Origin: a virus
Taxonomy: Duplodnaviria > Caudoviricetes
DNA length: 64,000 bases
Strand: one strand, 5' to 3'
Virus record (IMG/VR): IMGVR_UViG_3300033074_000711
Span: 1 to 64,000 of that record
Part shown: piece by piece, positions 49,068-58,425 of the stretch
Position numbering within the stretch: the stretch's first letter is position 1
How the letters are laid out: the number at the start of each line of letters is the position of its first letter
Notes under the pieces: generated by a model
Told to the model about the DNA's origin: nothing
The model's input: the letters and a program-made list of their open reading frames with translations, nothing else
Databases searched by the model: none
Position numbers and translations under genes: made by a program

Positions 49068-49685
49068 TTATTTTTCACTAATAGCGGTATCAAGTTGCAT
49101 AAGATTAGAATCTAAATCATCACCAAGTTCAGATAATGTTTTTAATAAAAGTTGCATTTTATCAATATCTTTTTGTTTTATACTGCCTCTATATTTAGTA
49201 CCAACTTTTTGCGGTGAAGCATTTTTAACAAGTTCTAATAAATCTCTGGCAGACTCTAATGTAAATTTATGTTTTTTTGTATATTCGCTTAATAATTTTT
49301 CATAAGTTTTTTTCAAATCATCTTCTTCATTCAACTGACTTTCTAAAATTTTTTGAACTTTTTTAGTTTTAACTAATAAAGCTTGTAATTGTTTTTTATT
49401 CTTTTCCATTTTTTCCTCGTTAACTATATTAAATAATTTATTATAAACACTTAATGCTTCTTTTTCATCTACTAACCCAGCATCAACTAATTTACTATAA
49501 TACTCTGGGTTTTCTGTTAAGTGGTCTATTGCAACTTCTTTAGCAATGTTTTTATCATTTGTATGTTCTAATTCTACATAAATTCCAACTATTAATTGAT
49601 TTTTATCTATATTAGATATATCAGTTTTATCACCTTTACCACCTGGTAGTAAATTTTCATCGCTTATTATATTTTTTAATTTCAT
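49068..49685 (-). CDS. DUF5661-like domain protein (possible head-internal protein)
   Basis: G..VELEHT.D...AKEVA.DHL.E.P.YYSKL; MKLKNII leader and internal xNE sites. Confidence 0.7.
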   Translation of the reverse strand: MKLKNIISDENLLPGGKGDKTDISNIDKNQLIVGIYVELEHTNDKNIAKEVAIDHLTENPEYYSKLVDAGLVDEKEALSVYNKLFNIVNEEKMEKNKKQLQALLVKTKKVQKILESQLNEEDDLKKTYEKLLSEYTKKHKFTLESARDLLELVKNASPQKVGTKYRGSIKQKDIDKMQLLLKTLSELGDDLDSNLMQLDTAISEK

Positions 49686-49686
49686 T

Positions 49687-49992
49687 TTAATATATCCATT
49701 TATAATTTATTAAATCATAACTTAAAAACATCGAATCACTATTACTACCACCGCTTGTGTGTTTATAAACAAAATAAAATTGAATTTTTAAAATGTTCTC
49801 ATCGTTATTTACTTTAATACTTATAATTAATTTTATGTCATTAAATAATAATTTAAAAGTATTATCACATCTATCTGTTAAATCTAAAATATAAGGTAAA
49901 ATATTATCATTTAGTGAGTTAATATTTAATGGTATATTTAACTCACTAAATTTGTTATTAATATCTTCTAATATTTTTGTTAAATTTTTCAT
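49687..49992 (-). CDS. hypothetical protein, paralogue of 49993-50424
   Basis: F.YKHTSGGSN vs FKYEHPNGGRN; both end YDL. Confidence 0.65.
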   Translation of the reverse strand: MKNLTKILEDINNKFSELNIPLNINSLNDNILPYILDLTDRCDNTFKLLFNDIKLIISIKVNNDENILKIQFYFVYKHTSGGSNSDSMFLSYDLINYKWIY

Positions 49993-50424
49993 TTATAATT
50001 GAATAATATAATCATCTAATTTTTTATCTGTTAAATCATAAAATATTCTATTAGTAAAACCATTTCTACCCCCGTTCGGGTGTTCATATTTAAAATTTAA
50101 CACAAATTGAATCATTGAGTGACCGTCATATCTACCACCCACGTCAACATAACTACCAGCTTGTATATTTAAAGTCATTGTTTTAAATAAGAATCCACCA
50201 ACACCTGTTATTTTTGGAGAGTAGCTGGTTTCCTCAAATTTATTTTTACCAACTTTAACATTCGGTGCTTGCATTCCTTTAGAAGTGAATAACTTCTTAA
50301 ATTCATTTATAGCCCATTGTTCATTAGTGCTATCATAATTTTTGTAACTAGCTTCATACTCATCTTCTTCGTTTAATTTGTTTTCTAACAAATTTAATGC
50401 TTTTTCTAATTTTTTTAAATCCAT
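49993..50424 (-). CDS. hypothetical protein with MDLKKLEKALNLLENKLNE leader
   Basis: Start corrected to 50424 (GAGG RBS; matches the start at 22179). Confidence 0.7.
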   Translation of the reverse strand: MDLKKLEKALNLLENKLNEEDEYEASYKNYDSTNEQWAINEFKKLFTSKGMQAPNVKVGKNKFEETSYSPKITGVGGFLFKTMTLNIQAGSYVDVGGRYDGHSMIQFVLNFKYEHPNGGRNGFTNRIFYDLTDKKLDDYIIQL

Positions 50425-50497
50425 TTTTTTCCTCATTAAAATATTTGTTTTTTATAAATATAAATATAATAAAAAAATTAACAAAAGTAAATAGTTA
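50369..50497 (-). repeat. dispersed ~129-bp repeat, copy B (promoter + RBS + leader)
   Basis: Near-identical to 22124-22252. Confidence 0.85.
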
Positions 50498-50500
50498 AAT

Positions 50501-50535
50501 AAAAAAAATAGCGGTATTTTTAGTACCGCTATTTT
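50501..50535 (-). terminator. intrinsic terminator after the major capsid gene
   Basis: AAAATAGCGGTA / TACCGCTATTTT stem with T8 on the minus strand. Confidence 0.8.
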
Positions 50536-50559
50536 AATAATATACTTACTAATCAATAA

Positions 50560-52179
50560 TTAAATAGTATCTAATCCGTGAATAATAATTCTACCATACA
50601 TTTCAGGTTTAATAACTTTTTTACCATAACGAGTGATAAATCCAAGTCTAGGTGTGAAATTATTAACATCCCAAATTAACGGAGTAGAAATCAATGGTAC
50701 ATAAGGAGCATATACAGCACCAGTTTCTAAGAAACTCTTACCTCTATATCCTGCTAACATTACATTTCTTGTCATATATGGATTTTTATAAATTGTTACT
50801 CTTTTTGAAATTGAACCAACTTTAGTGATACCTGCACCAAATACCTCTTCATCTCCAGTAGAATCTGTTTGATAACCAGGTATTGATTCTAAAATTGTTG
50901 CAACTTCAGGAGAACACTGAATAAAATTAACACCACCCATAAAAGTTTTTTGATGAATTTTATTACTAATTTTATTAATTTTTGTACCTAATGTTTGAAA
51001 CCACGTATTTTGTGTATAAGCAGTTCCTTCAAAAGATTCAGGTGCAAATCCAGAACCATTCCAAACCCAACCAGTTCTAGCTGACCAATACTCTTCTGTC
51101 GAAGCTCTGTTTAATAACATTTCTAATAACTCTAAATCAATCTCATTAGCAATTAATTTATGTATTACATCAGTTACTTCAGCTTGAGCATCGATTGAAT
51201 GGTATGCATTCAAGTCTTGCATAATTTCAGGTGTCCACATCGTTTTTAATTTTCTAGTTTTAGCAACGATTGGCTCTGATTTCATTTGTAAATCAATTTC
51301 GGGAATATCTAAAGTTGAATAAGAACCAGAAACTGTTAAATCCTCAAAATCACCACGATTATCTGCAGATGGCATTTTATAATATTGTACAGCCCAGTTT
51401 GTACCTGGTACTAAAGCGGTGGCTGAACCACTAACTAAAAATGTCACAACATAATTTGTTCCACTAGCGCTAACTGTAGTATATTCTGGTAAATAAACAA
51501 CATTAGCACTTGCTGAAGTTGGTTTAAATGCTCTAACAGCATCTGGGTCTGCATCTGAACCTAACGTTAAAGATACTTTTCTAATACCATCTGATACTGC
51601 GGATGCAGATAATCCTGAATAAAATTTAACATCAGCCCAAGAAGCAGATGCTACAGCGGCTGTTAATGAACCACTTGTATAATCATTCATTGAATATCCA
51701 AATCTACCAGCTCCATAAAAACCACCATTTATACCATTTGTTCTACCAAATAATCCAGTAGTTCCGTCATCATTGTAATCACCACCATATACTGAATTTC
51801 CTAATGTAAATCCAGGTTGATTACCCGAACCATATTTGAAATCTAAATAAAATACCAATCCAGTTGGTAAATTCATTGGTTGGATTGACAAGCAATCTTG
51901 AACTGATAAATTACCAAAAATACGTCTAACGATTGGTAAAGCTACATTTGACCATTCTTCAGTTCCATCACCACCAACTCTAGTTGATTCTGCCAATAAT
52001 TGTCTACCTTGATTTTCTAACAAAATAGCCATATTGCGCAATTTGTTTTCATCTTCGATACCTTTTAATAATCCAGTACCACTCCATTTTTTAACCAAAC
52101 CCTTTGTTGCTTCTAACAAAGCATTATACTCTGCGTTTGGTTTAATCATACTTCTTAATTCGTTTGAATATCTACCCAT
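50560..52179 (-). CDS. major capsid protein (T4 gp23-like)
   Basis: LLENQ, P.VRR, QPMNLPTGLVFYL, AKTRKLK..WTPE..QDL.AYH, EID.E, YAPYVPL, TRYG. Confidence 0.97.
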   Translation of the reverse strand: MGRYSNELRSMIKPNAEYNALLEATKGLVKKWSGTGLLKGIEDENKLRNMAILLENQGRQLLAESTRVGGDGTEEWSNVALPIVRRIFGNLSVQDCLSIQPMNLPTGLVFYLDFKYGSGNQPGFTLGNSVYGGDYNDDGTTGLFGRTNGINGGFYGAGRFGYSMNDYTSGSLTAAVASASWADVKFYSGLSASAVSDGIRKVSLTLGSDADPDAVRAFKPTSASANVVYLPEYTTVSASGTNYVVTFLVSGSATALVPGTNWAVQYYKMPSADNRGDFEDLTVSGSYSTLDIPEIDLQMKSEPIVAKTRKLKTMWTPEIMQDLNAYHSIDAQAEVTDVIHKLIANEIDLELLEMLLNRASTEEYWSARTGWVWNGSGFAPESFEGTAYTQNTWFQTLGTKINKISNKIHQKTFMGGVNFIQCSPEVATILESIPGYQTDSTGDEEVFGAGITKVGSISKRVTIYKNPYMTRNVMLAGYRGKSFLETGAVYAPYVPLISTPLIWDVNNFTPRLGFITRYGKKVIKPEMYGRIIIHGLDTI

Positions 52180-52200
52180 TTTTGCCTCATTTTATAATAA

Positions 52201-53202
52201 TTATTTTATACCTGCTAATTTTTGAAATCTTTTTACAGTATCTTGTGAAAAAATTCCTTCACCTCTTTGATTACCAATATATCCAGTTCTTTTATTTGCT
52301 CCAAATCCTTCTTTAATTGTTTTTTTAGTTCTTTTTTTACTATCAACTCTTTTAAGTTTTTTAGAAATACTCTCATATACTTTAACAATTTCTTTAACAT
52401 TTCTAGCTTTGTCTAATAACTGAATACATTTATTTTTTTGTTCTTTGGTTAATTTAAATGTTTCAAATAATTTAACAGCACATTTAACTCTAGCATCTAA
52501 AGTTTTTACTTCATTTATAGTTGATTCATATACTTTATTTGCTCTATTTGCATTGTTTAATTTTTTACGCATACTAACTAATTTGCTCTCAAGTTTAACA
52601 ACTTTATCATCTTCTTTTTCATCTAACTCATCTAAAATATCATTAACATCAACATCTTCTTCATCATCAAGTTCCTCAACAATATCATCTTCAGTTTGGT
52701 CTTCTTCATCATATAACATGTCATCATCTTCTAACTCTGATTCTAATTCTTCAACTACAGAATCTAAATCTTCGTCATCTTCTGTTTCCATGCTATCATC
52801 TTCTAACTCTGATTCTAATTCTTCAACTACAGAATCTAAATCTTCGTCATCTGATTCAATTTCCTCAGCAACTGAATCAATACTATTATCATAATCCTCT
52901 GTCATATCGTCTTCTTCATCTTCATCTTCACCGTCTAACTCTGATTCTAATTCTTCAACTACAGAATCTAAATCTTCGTCATCAACTTCTTCTTCTGTTT
53001 GTTCTGAAACAACATCCTCTTCTTCATCAAAAGCTTCTGGTGTTTCAATTGGGTCTGTGGAATCACCTGCTTCTAATTCCTCTAAAATTGAACTTTTAAT
53101 ATTTGTTTTTAATGCTTTTTGTAATTTTTCTTTAGCATTAATTTTAGCAATATCTTTAATTATTTGTGCATCAAGAATAGCTTCTTTTAAAATATTTGAC
53201 AT
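52201..53202 (-). CDS. prohead scaffolding / core protein (gp22-like)
   Basis: Very acidic, coiled coil, ends RFQKLAGI; lies between protease and MCP. Confidence 0.8.
   Translation of the reverse strand: MSNILKEAILDAQIIKDIAKINAKEKLQKALKTNIKSSILEELEAGDSTDPIETPEAFDEEEDVVSEQTEEEVDDEDLDSVVEELESELDGEDEDEEDDMTEDYDNSIDSVAEEIESDDEDLDSVVEELESELEDDSMETEDDEDLDSVVEELESELEDDDMLYDEEDQTEDDIVEELDDEEDVDVNDILDELDEKEDDKVVKLESKLVSMRKKLNNANRANKVYESTINEVKTLDARVKCAVKLFETFKLTKEQKNKCIQLLDKARNVKEIVKVYESISKKLKRVDSKKRTKKTIKEGFGANKRTGYIGNQRGEGIFSQDTVKRFQKLAGIK
52731..52983 (-). repeat. three identical 49-bp coding repeats (DDEDLDSVVEELESEL)
   Basis: Copies at 52731-52779, 52803-52851, 52935-52983. Confidence 0.85.
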
Positions 53203-53361
53203 ATTTACCTCGTTTTTGGTTATTTTTTTTTAAATTCATTTTGGTGGGAATTTAATGGTAATGATTAATATAAATCATTATTTTTGAGTTTAAATATAGA
53301 TTATTATAAATCTATAATTATATATAAATATAAAAAAATTTTAAATATTTTATACTTTTTT

Positions 53362-53955
53362 TTAATTATTTAAGCCACTTATAATATTATTTATAGTATT
53401 ATTAATTTTGTTATAATTAATTTTATTATTAACATCTTCTTTAATACTATAACTAGCACCGTGAGTGGATGGGTCAGAAACTAAATCCCAACATATTAAT
53501 GATAAATCATTATCAACTATATCTGCATCAGATTGAGAATCATATTTAACCGAACCATTTGCTCTTGATGATATACCTATGGGACATTTATGAATTAATA
53601 ATAAATTTTTTACAATATTACCCATTGGTAAAGTATGTAAAATTTCTACATCACCTTTAACAGTATCACCATCCCAATAAATTTTTGTTATAATATGTGA
53701 TGCATTTTTAACATCTGTTGATTGACCATCAGTATGGTCTAACTCACCAAATGCTCTTCTTTCATTAACATATTCGTTAATATATCTATTAATTTCAGAC
53801 TCTAATATTTCTTTAGGATAAATTCTACCATTTTTATTTTTAGCATTAGCACGCTGTAATATCATATCTTTAAGTACTAATTTATTAGTTTTATTAAATT
53901 CTTCGGTTAAAATATCAGCATTATAATTTAATACTTCAGTATTTGATATTAACAT
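53362..53955 (-). CDS. prohead protease (T4 gp21-like)
   Basis: N.NGRIYP, GELDH, SH.I, GISSR..GS, WDLVSDPS. Confidence 0.93.
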   Translation of the reverse strand: MLISNTEVLNYNADILTEEFNKTNKLVLKDMILQRANAKNKNGRIYPKEILESEINRYINEYVNERRAFGELDHTDGQSTDVKNASHIITKIYWDGDTVKGDVEILHTLPMGNIVKNLLLIHKCPIGISSRANGSVKYDSQSDADIVDNDLSLICWDLVSDPSTHGASYSIKEDVNNKINYNKINNTINNIISGLNN

Positions 53956-53957
53956 TT

Positions 53958-54839
53958 TTACACCCCAAACTGTTCAAATAATTCATAAATCTCCATTAAC
54001 GCAACAATGTTATCTGGTTTTAATTCTTTTTTTAATTGTATTTTATCTAATAATGTATTAATTTCATTTATTTTTGTTATTAATACTTGATTATCTTTAT
54101 TTTTTTCATTTATTGATAGTAATTTTGACTTTATTGTTGGTATTTTATCATTAATATACTTTTTAAAAGAAAAATCAACGCTATCAAACATATACGCACG
54201 AATTAAGTTTTTTTGATTTTTATTAAATGTTTTTGAATAAGTTTCATTAAATTTATTAATATAAAGTTTATATGCTAATTCTTTTGTTTTTGGTGTTAGT
54301 TTATTAAAATCTTGTAACAATTTTTCATTTTCTGTTATTACTTTTTGATTTTTATTATCATTATTTTTTCGCATTAAAAAGTTAACTAAATTTATTCTAT
54401 TTTCCATTAATTCAGATGGATTTATTGATTCTGTTAATTTACTATAAGAAAATATTTTGTATAGTGATGCATATGTTGTATAATTTTCTATTTTTGTATT
54501 AAAAAACTCTTCTAAATTATAAGATTCTTTTATGTTTTTTATAGCGTTAAATTTTTCTTTATTTAATTTAATTTTATTTATTTTATCATATTCATTTAAT
54601 AAATATTCTATAAAAACATTAGCATTTTGTTCATTATTAATTTTTGTATTAGAAAATACTGATTGATATAATTGAACTTCTTTCAACATTTCTGAATTTT
54701 TATTAAAAATTCTTTTTATTAAATTTGTGGATTTGTTATTATTTTCACTAACTATTAAATCAGATGTTATTTGTTTTATCAAACATTCAAAAATAACACC
54801 TGAGTTTTTAATTTTATTATGTTTTAATTTATTTTTCAT
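53958..54839 (-). CDS. conserved head-region protein
   Basis: KH.KIKNSG.IFE.L; lies between portal and protease. Confidence 0.7.
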   Translation of the reverse strand: MKNKLKHNKIKNSGVIFECLIKQITSDLIVSENNNKSTNLIKRIFNKNSEMLKEVQLYQSVFSNTKINNEQNANVFIEYLLNEYDKINKIKLNKEKFNAIKNIKESYNLEEFFNTKIENYTTYASLYKIFSYSKLTESINPSELMENRINLVNFLMRKNNDNKNQKVITENEKLLQDFNKLTPKTKELAYKLYINKFNETYSKTFNKNQKNLIRAYMFDSVDFSFKKYINDKIPTIKSKLLSINEKNKDNQVLITKINEINTLLDKIQLKKELKPDNIVALMEIYELFEQFGV

Positions 54840-54882
54840 GATTTTCCACTATTTTTTTATAAATATAAAAAATTATAAAAAA

Positions 54883-56568
54883 TTATACACCTAACGGTCC
54901 ACCATTATTATATGAACTTTTTATATCACTTTTATCTAAATTAGTATCATGTAAATCTTTATCTTTATTATTTTTTATATCAATTTTTGTATCATTTTTT
55001 ACTTCATTATCATCCCATCTACTATCTTTACCCTTTACATAAATATTTGACGGGTCATCTGCATCTCTAACAGTTCCTTCGGAATCAACATTCATTTCAG
55101 TTTCATTAGGGTCGTTACCTTCATTTAATATTTGTTGCAATCTGTGTTCAAATTTACAATCATTTATCAATGTTTCTTTATATTTTTTTATTTCATCATC
55201 ATTAAATTTATAAACATTTTTATAAACCCAATCAGAATCAACCATTTTTTGTTCTTTGAACGAATTTGCTAAATCTACTTTTGACTTCCATAATTCTAAT
55301 TTTTCTTGTTCATATATAATAGATGGATTATTTAATTTTAATGTAAAATTTAAATCATTAAATGAATCAAAACCTTGTAAATATAAATGTATTTTAGCTA
55401 TTCTTATTAATTCAGATTCAACAATTTTTTGAATTCTCTCGACAGTTCTTTGAAATCTTAAATCTTCTTGTGCTAAAGTTGCTTTTGCACCTATTGCTTC
55501 ATCAAATGTTAAAAACCCTTTAGGCACTCTAAATGCGGCTAACATTTTATTTTTTAAATATTCTATATCCTCTATTGCTGAATATTCTCCAGACTGTAAT
55601 GTATCTATACTTGTTGCACTATCACCTCTAACTGGTATAACAAAATCTTCAACTATATTTTGTGTGTTATAGTATAAATTATAATCACCAGTGTTTTGGT
55701 CTATATATGGCACTTGTTTGATTTGACTAGTTATGTTATTTATATATTGCTGAACTTCGTTATTTGGTAAATTTCCAACATCTATTTTAAAAACTCGTTT
55801 TTGTGGTGCACGCATAATTCTATAAATTAGCATTGCATCTTCCATTAAATTTAATTGTTTCCATGTTCTTCTACCACCTTCAATTAAACTTTTTCCATAT
55901 GGTATATAATTATTATCAGAAAACAATCTAAAATGAGCAACTTCAAAAAAATTAAAATCACCAGTACCTATAATATTAGATGTTAATTTAAACGTTACAT
56001 CTAATTTTGAAGTTTTTGGATTAAAATTCTCTTCTCTATTAATATCATAAACAGAAATTGGTATTACATCAATAACACCTATTCTTTCAACAACATTTAA
56101 TTTTAAAAAATGGTCACCATATTTAACTAAATTTCTAACCCAACCTAATAAGTTATATTCTATATTTAAAATATCATAAAATAAATTATCTAATATCTTT
56201 TTAATTTTATCATTAGAATGCTCTATAGTTACTATTTTACCTAATTCGTTTCTAACAACTGTTTCTTCTGCATATAAATCTAAAACTGAACTAATAATTG
56301 GGTCACAATCCATTAATTCATAATCATAAAATAATGCTGTTCTATTAGCTTGAAATTTATTTCTATTAAATAAAAAATTATTATCAGACACATAATTCAT
56401 TAAATATCTATTATAACGCTGTTGTAGATAGTTATTTGGTAAATTTGACATTGTTTTACTATCGTATGGGTCAATATTCATTAAATTTGTTCCGCGATAG
56501 TTATAAACATTTATATCAGGTGAAAAGAATTTTTTAATCTTTTCAAAACGACTTTCTTTTTTATCCAT
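54883..56568 (-). CDS. portal protein (T4 gp20-like)
   Basis: YE.MD, R.LVKYGD, PYG.S, L.LMEDAMLIYRI.RAP..RVFKIDVGN, EDF.IPVRG, D.RF.RT..RIQ. Confidence 0.96.
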   Translation of the reverse strand: MDKKESRFEKIKKFFSPDINVYNYRGTNLMNIDPYDSKTMSNLPNNYLQQRYNRYLMNYVSDNNFLFNRNKFQANRTALFYDYELMDCDPIISSVLDLYAEETVVRNELGKIVTIEHSNDKIKKILDNLFYDILNIEYNLLGWVRNLVKYGDHFLKLNVVERIGVIDVIPISVYDINREENFNPKTSKLDVTFKLTSNIIGTGDFNFFEVAHFRLFSDNNYIPYGKSLIEGGRRTWKQLNLMEDAMLIYRIMRAPQKRVFKIDVGNLPNNEVQQYINNITSQIKQVPYIDQNTGDYNLYYNTQNIVEDFVIPVRGDSATSIDTLQSGEYSAIEDIEYLKNKMLAAFRVPKGFLTFDEAIGAKATLAQEDLRFQRTVERIQKIVESELIRIAKIHLYLQGFDSFNDLNFTLKLNNPSIIYEQEKLELWKSKVDLANSFKEQKMVDSDWVYKNVYKFNDDEIKKYKETLINDCKFEHRLQQILNEGNDPNETEMNVDSEGTVRDADDPSNIYVKGKDSRWDDNEVKNDTKIDIKNNKDKDLHDTNLDKSDIKSSYNNGGPLGV

Positions 56569-56632
56569 ATAAGTTAACCAAAAATTTTAAATTTTATTTA
56601 TATATAAATATAAAAAAAATATTTTTATATTA

Positions 56633-56953
56633 TCATTTTGGTAAAATAGTTGCTATTTCATACCAATTTTTAGGTAAAACAATAGCATCTTTTGGTATGT
56701 TTTTTACTTTATAAACTTCAGACCTAACAAATCTTAGCCATATATTTTTATTTTTATAATAACCATATAAATTACCATCTAAATTTGCTTTTAGATATTT
56801 ATTTTTTTCTTCATATGATACTTTATATTTTTCTATATTCAAATCTATTAAACCAAATTCATATGAATCATAGTGTGGCATTTCATTTAAATTTGATTTA
56901 CATTTCATTTCAATTAAATTTAATACACGAATTAAATTAAAATATTTTTTCAT
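56633..56953 (-). CDS. hypothetical protein with an LNE-terminated leader
   Basis: 106 aa; coupled to the TerL-C stop. Confidence 0.65.
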   Translation of the reverse strand: MKKYFNLIRVLNLIEMKCKSNLNEMPHYDSYEFGLIDLNIEKYKVSYEEKNKYLKANLDGNLYGYYKNKNIWLRFVRSEVYKVKNIPKDAIVLPKNWYEIATILPK

Positions 56954-58425
56954 AAAAACTCACTTAAATTTATAAATTCTTTACCTGTATTTGTTTTTTG
57001 ACCAGTTTTATACATTGGATTACCAACCATACCATTGTTAATTTTTTGAGTAAATTGTTCTCTATTTTTATTAAAATTTAAAGAAATATTACTCAAAATG
57101 CTTTTACTCTTTTCAACAGATTTATTATCTAATTGTAAAATAACATCTCTAACATATAAACCTATACTTAACGACATTACAATATCATCATTAAAACCAG
57201 ATAATGCTTCAGCTTTAGAATTATGCCAAACGAATGTGTGTAGTTGATTTATTGTTCTATTTGATTTAATAACTACAGTTTGTTGACGCATACACTCCAT
57301 TAATTTATTTATAATTAATGGTCTAGTAGATGAGGATGTGGTAAAACCAGGTATTAATTGCTTTTTCTTATTAAAATCTATTAATTTATTTTGTAAATCT
57401 TGTATATTATATTCATCAATATATTTTAAATTTGTTTCAGTATAATATAAATTACCATAATTTAAATTTATTAATTCTTGAACAACAGCCCAACCAATAC
57501 TAGCATTTTCACACGCTATTTTAGCACAATTATATCTATTACCAACTTCAAACAATAAATACGCATAATCTGTTGTTGATATTTTACCTTCGTATTCAGC
57601 AATTTGCTCGAATGTGTCCATATCTATAACATGAAATGCTGAAAAGTCACCACCATCACCTCTACCAACGTCTGCGGATATTAAGTATCTTGATTCTTCT
57701 TTAGGTTCTGACCAAATCCATAGCAAATCATTATATTCTTTTTTTATTGGGTCTGTAACATAATTTTCTTTATAAAACTGTAAGTACTTATCATCAATAA
57801 TAGAGTTACCAGTACCTATAAAACTAGCATCATATTCTTGTTTAGCTTCTAATTCACCTAAATCTATATCTTGTTGTTTTCTCCAATTATCGTCTCTTTC
57901 TGGGTGCACTCTCCAATCTAATTTAATTGGATTAAAATCATTTTTATTCTCTTCGGCATCAACATATGTTTTATGAAACCAATTACCAACACCACCGGGA
58001 CTTGATAATACGATAATTTCACCACCTGTTGATAATGTTGGTTGCAATGCTATCCATAATGTAGTCATATTTGGTATAAATGCACAATTGTGGCTTGTTA
58101 TATCATTTGTAATATATTCAGCACAATCTGAAACATTTAATAAATCATATAATATTATATCTTCTTCTACATATTGTATATTTGTTATTATTTTATTTTT
58201 ATATATTATATCATTTATAGTTATATCTTTAGCATATACAAATATACCATTATTTAGTTTTATTTTATGATTAGATGAGCATTTAATTGTGTTAATATTA
58301 TTATTATGCTTATATTCTATTTTAAAATAAAAATTTTTATTTATTTTTTTTACACCATCAAAAGATTTAAACCCATAGTCAGTTAAAACCTCCCAATCTG
58401 TATTACATTTTACATTAACATCCAT
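56950..58425 (-). CDS. terL: terminase large subunit C-terminal part, with N-terminal split-intein C-fragment (IntC, 113 aa)
   Basis: IntC ends ...ITSHN|CAFIP; extein has LSSPGG..NWF, QEY.ASF, ADVGRG.G.DFS, DD.VMS nuclease motifs. Confidence 0.93.
   Translation of the reverse strand: MDVNVKCNTDWEVLTDYGFKSFDGVKKINKNFYFKIEYKHNNNINTIKCSSNHKIKLNNGIFVYAKDITINDIIYKNKIITNIQYVEEDIILYDLLNVSDCAEYITNDITSHNCAFIPNMTTLWIALQPTLSTGGEIIVLSSPGGVGNWFHKTYVDAEENKNDFNPIKLDWRVHPERDDNWRKQQDIDLGELEAKQEYDASFIGTGNSIIDDKYLQFYKENYVTDPIKKEYNDLLWIWSEPKEESRYLISADVGRGDGGDFSAFHVIDMDTFEQIAEYEGKISTTDYAYLLFEVGNRYNCAKIACENASIGWAVVQELINLNYGNLYYTETNLKYIDEYNIQDLQNKLIDFNKKKQLIPGFTTSSSTRPLIINKLMECMRQQTVVIKSNRTINQLHTFVWHNSKAEALSGFNDDIVMSLSIGLYVRDVILQLDNKSVEKSKSILSNISLNFNKNREQFTQKINNGMVGNPMYKTGQKTNTGKEFINLSEFL
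58087..58425 (-). mobile_element. split intein C-fragment (blocks B, F, G)
   Basis: KCSSNHK (block B), LYDLLNV (block F), SHN followed by +1 Cys (block G). Confidence 0.9.
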
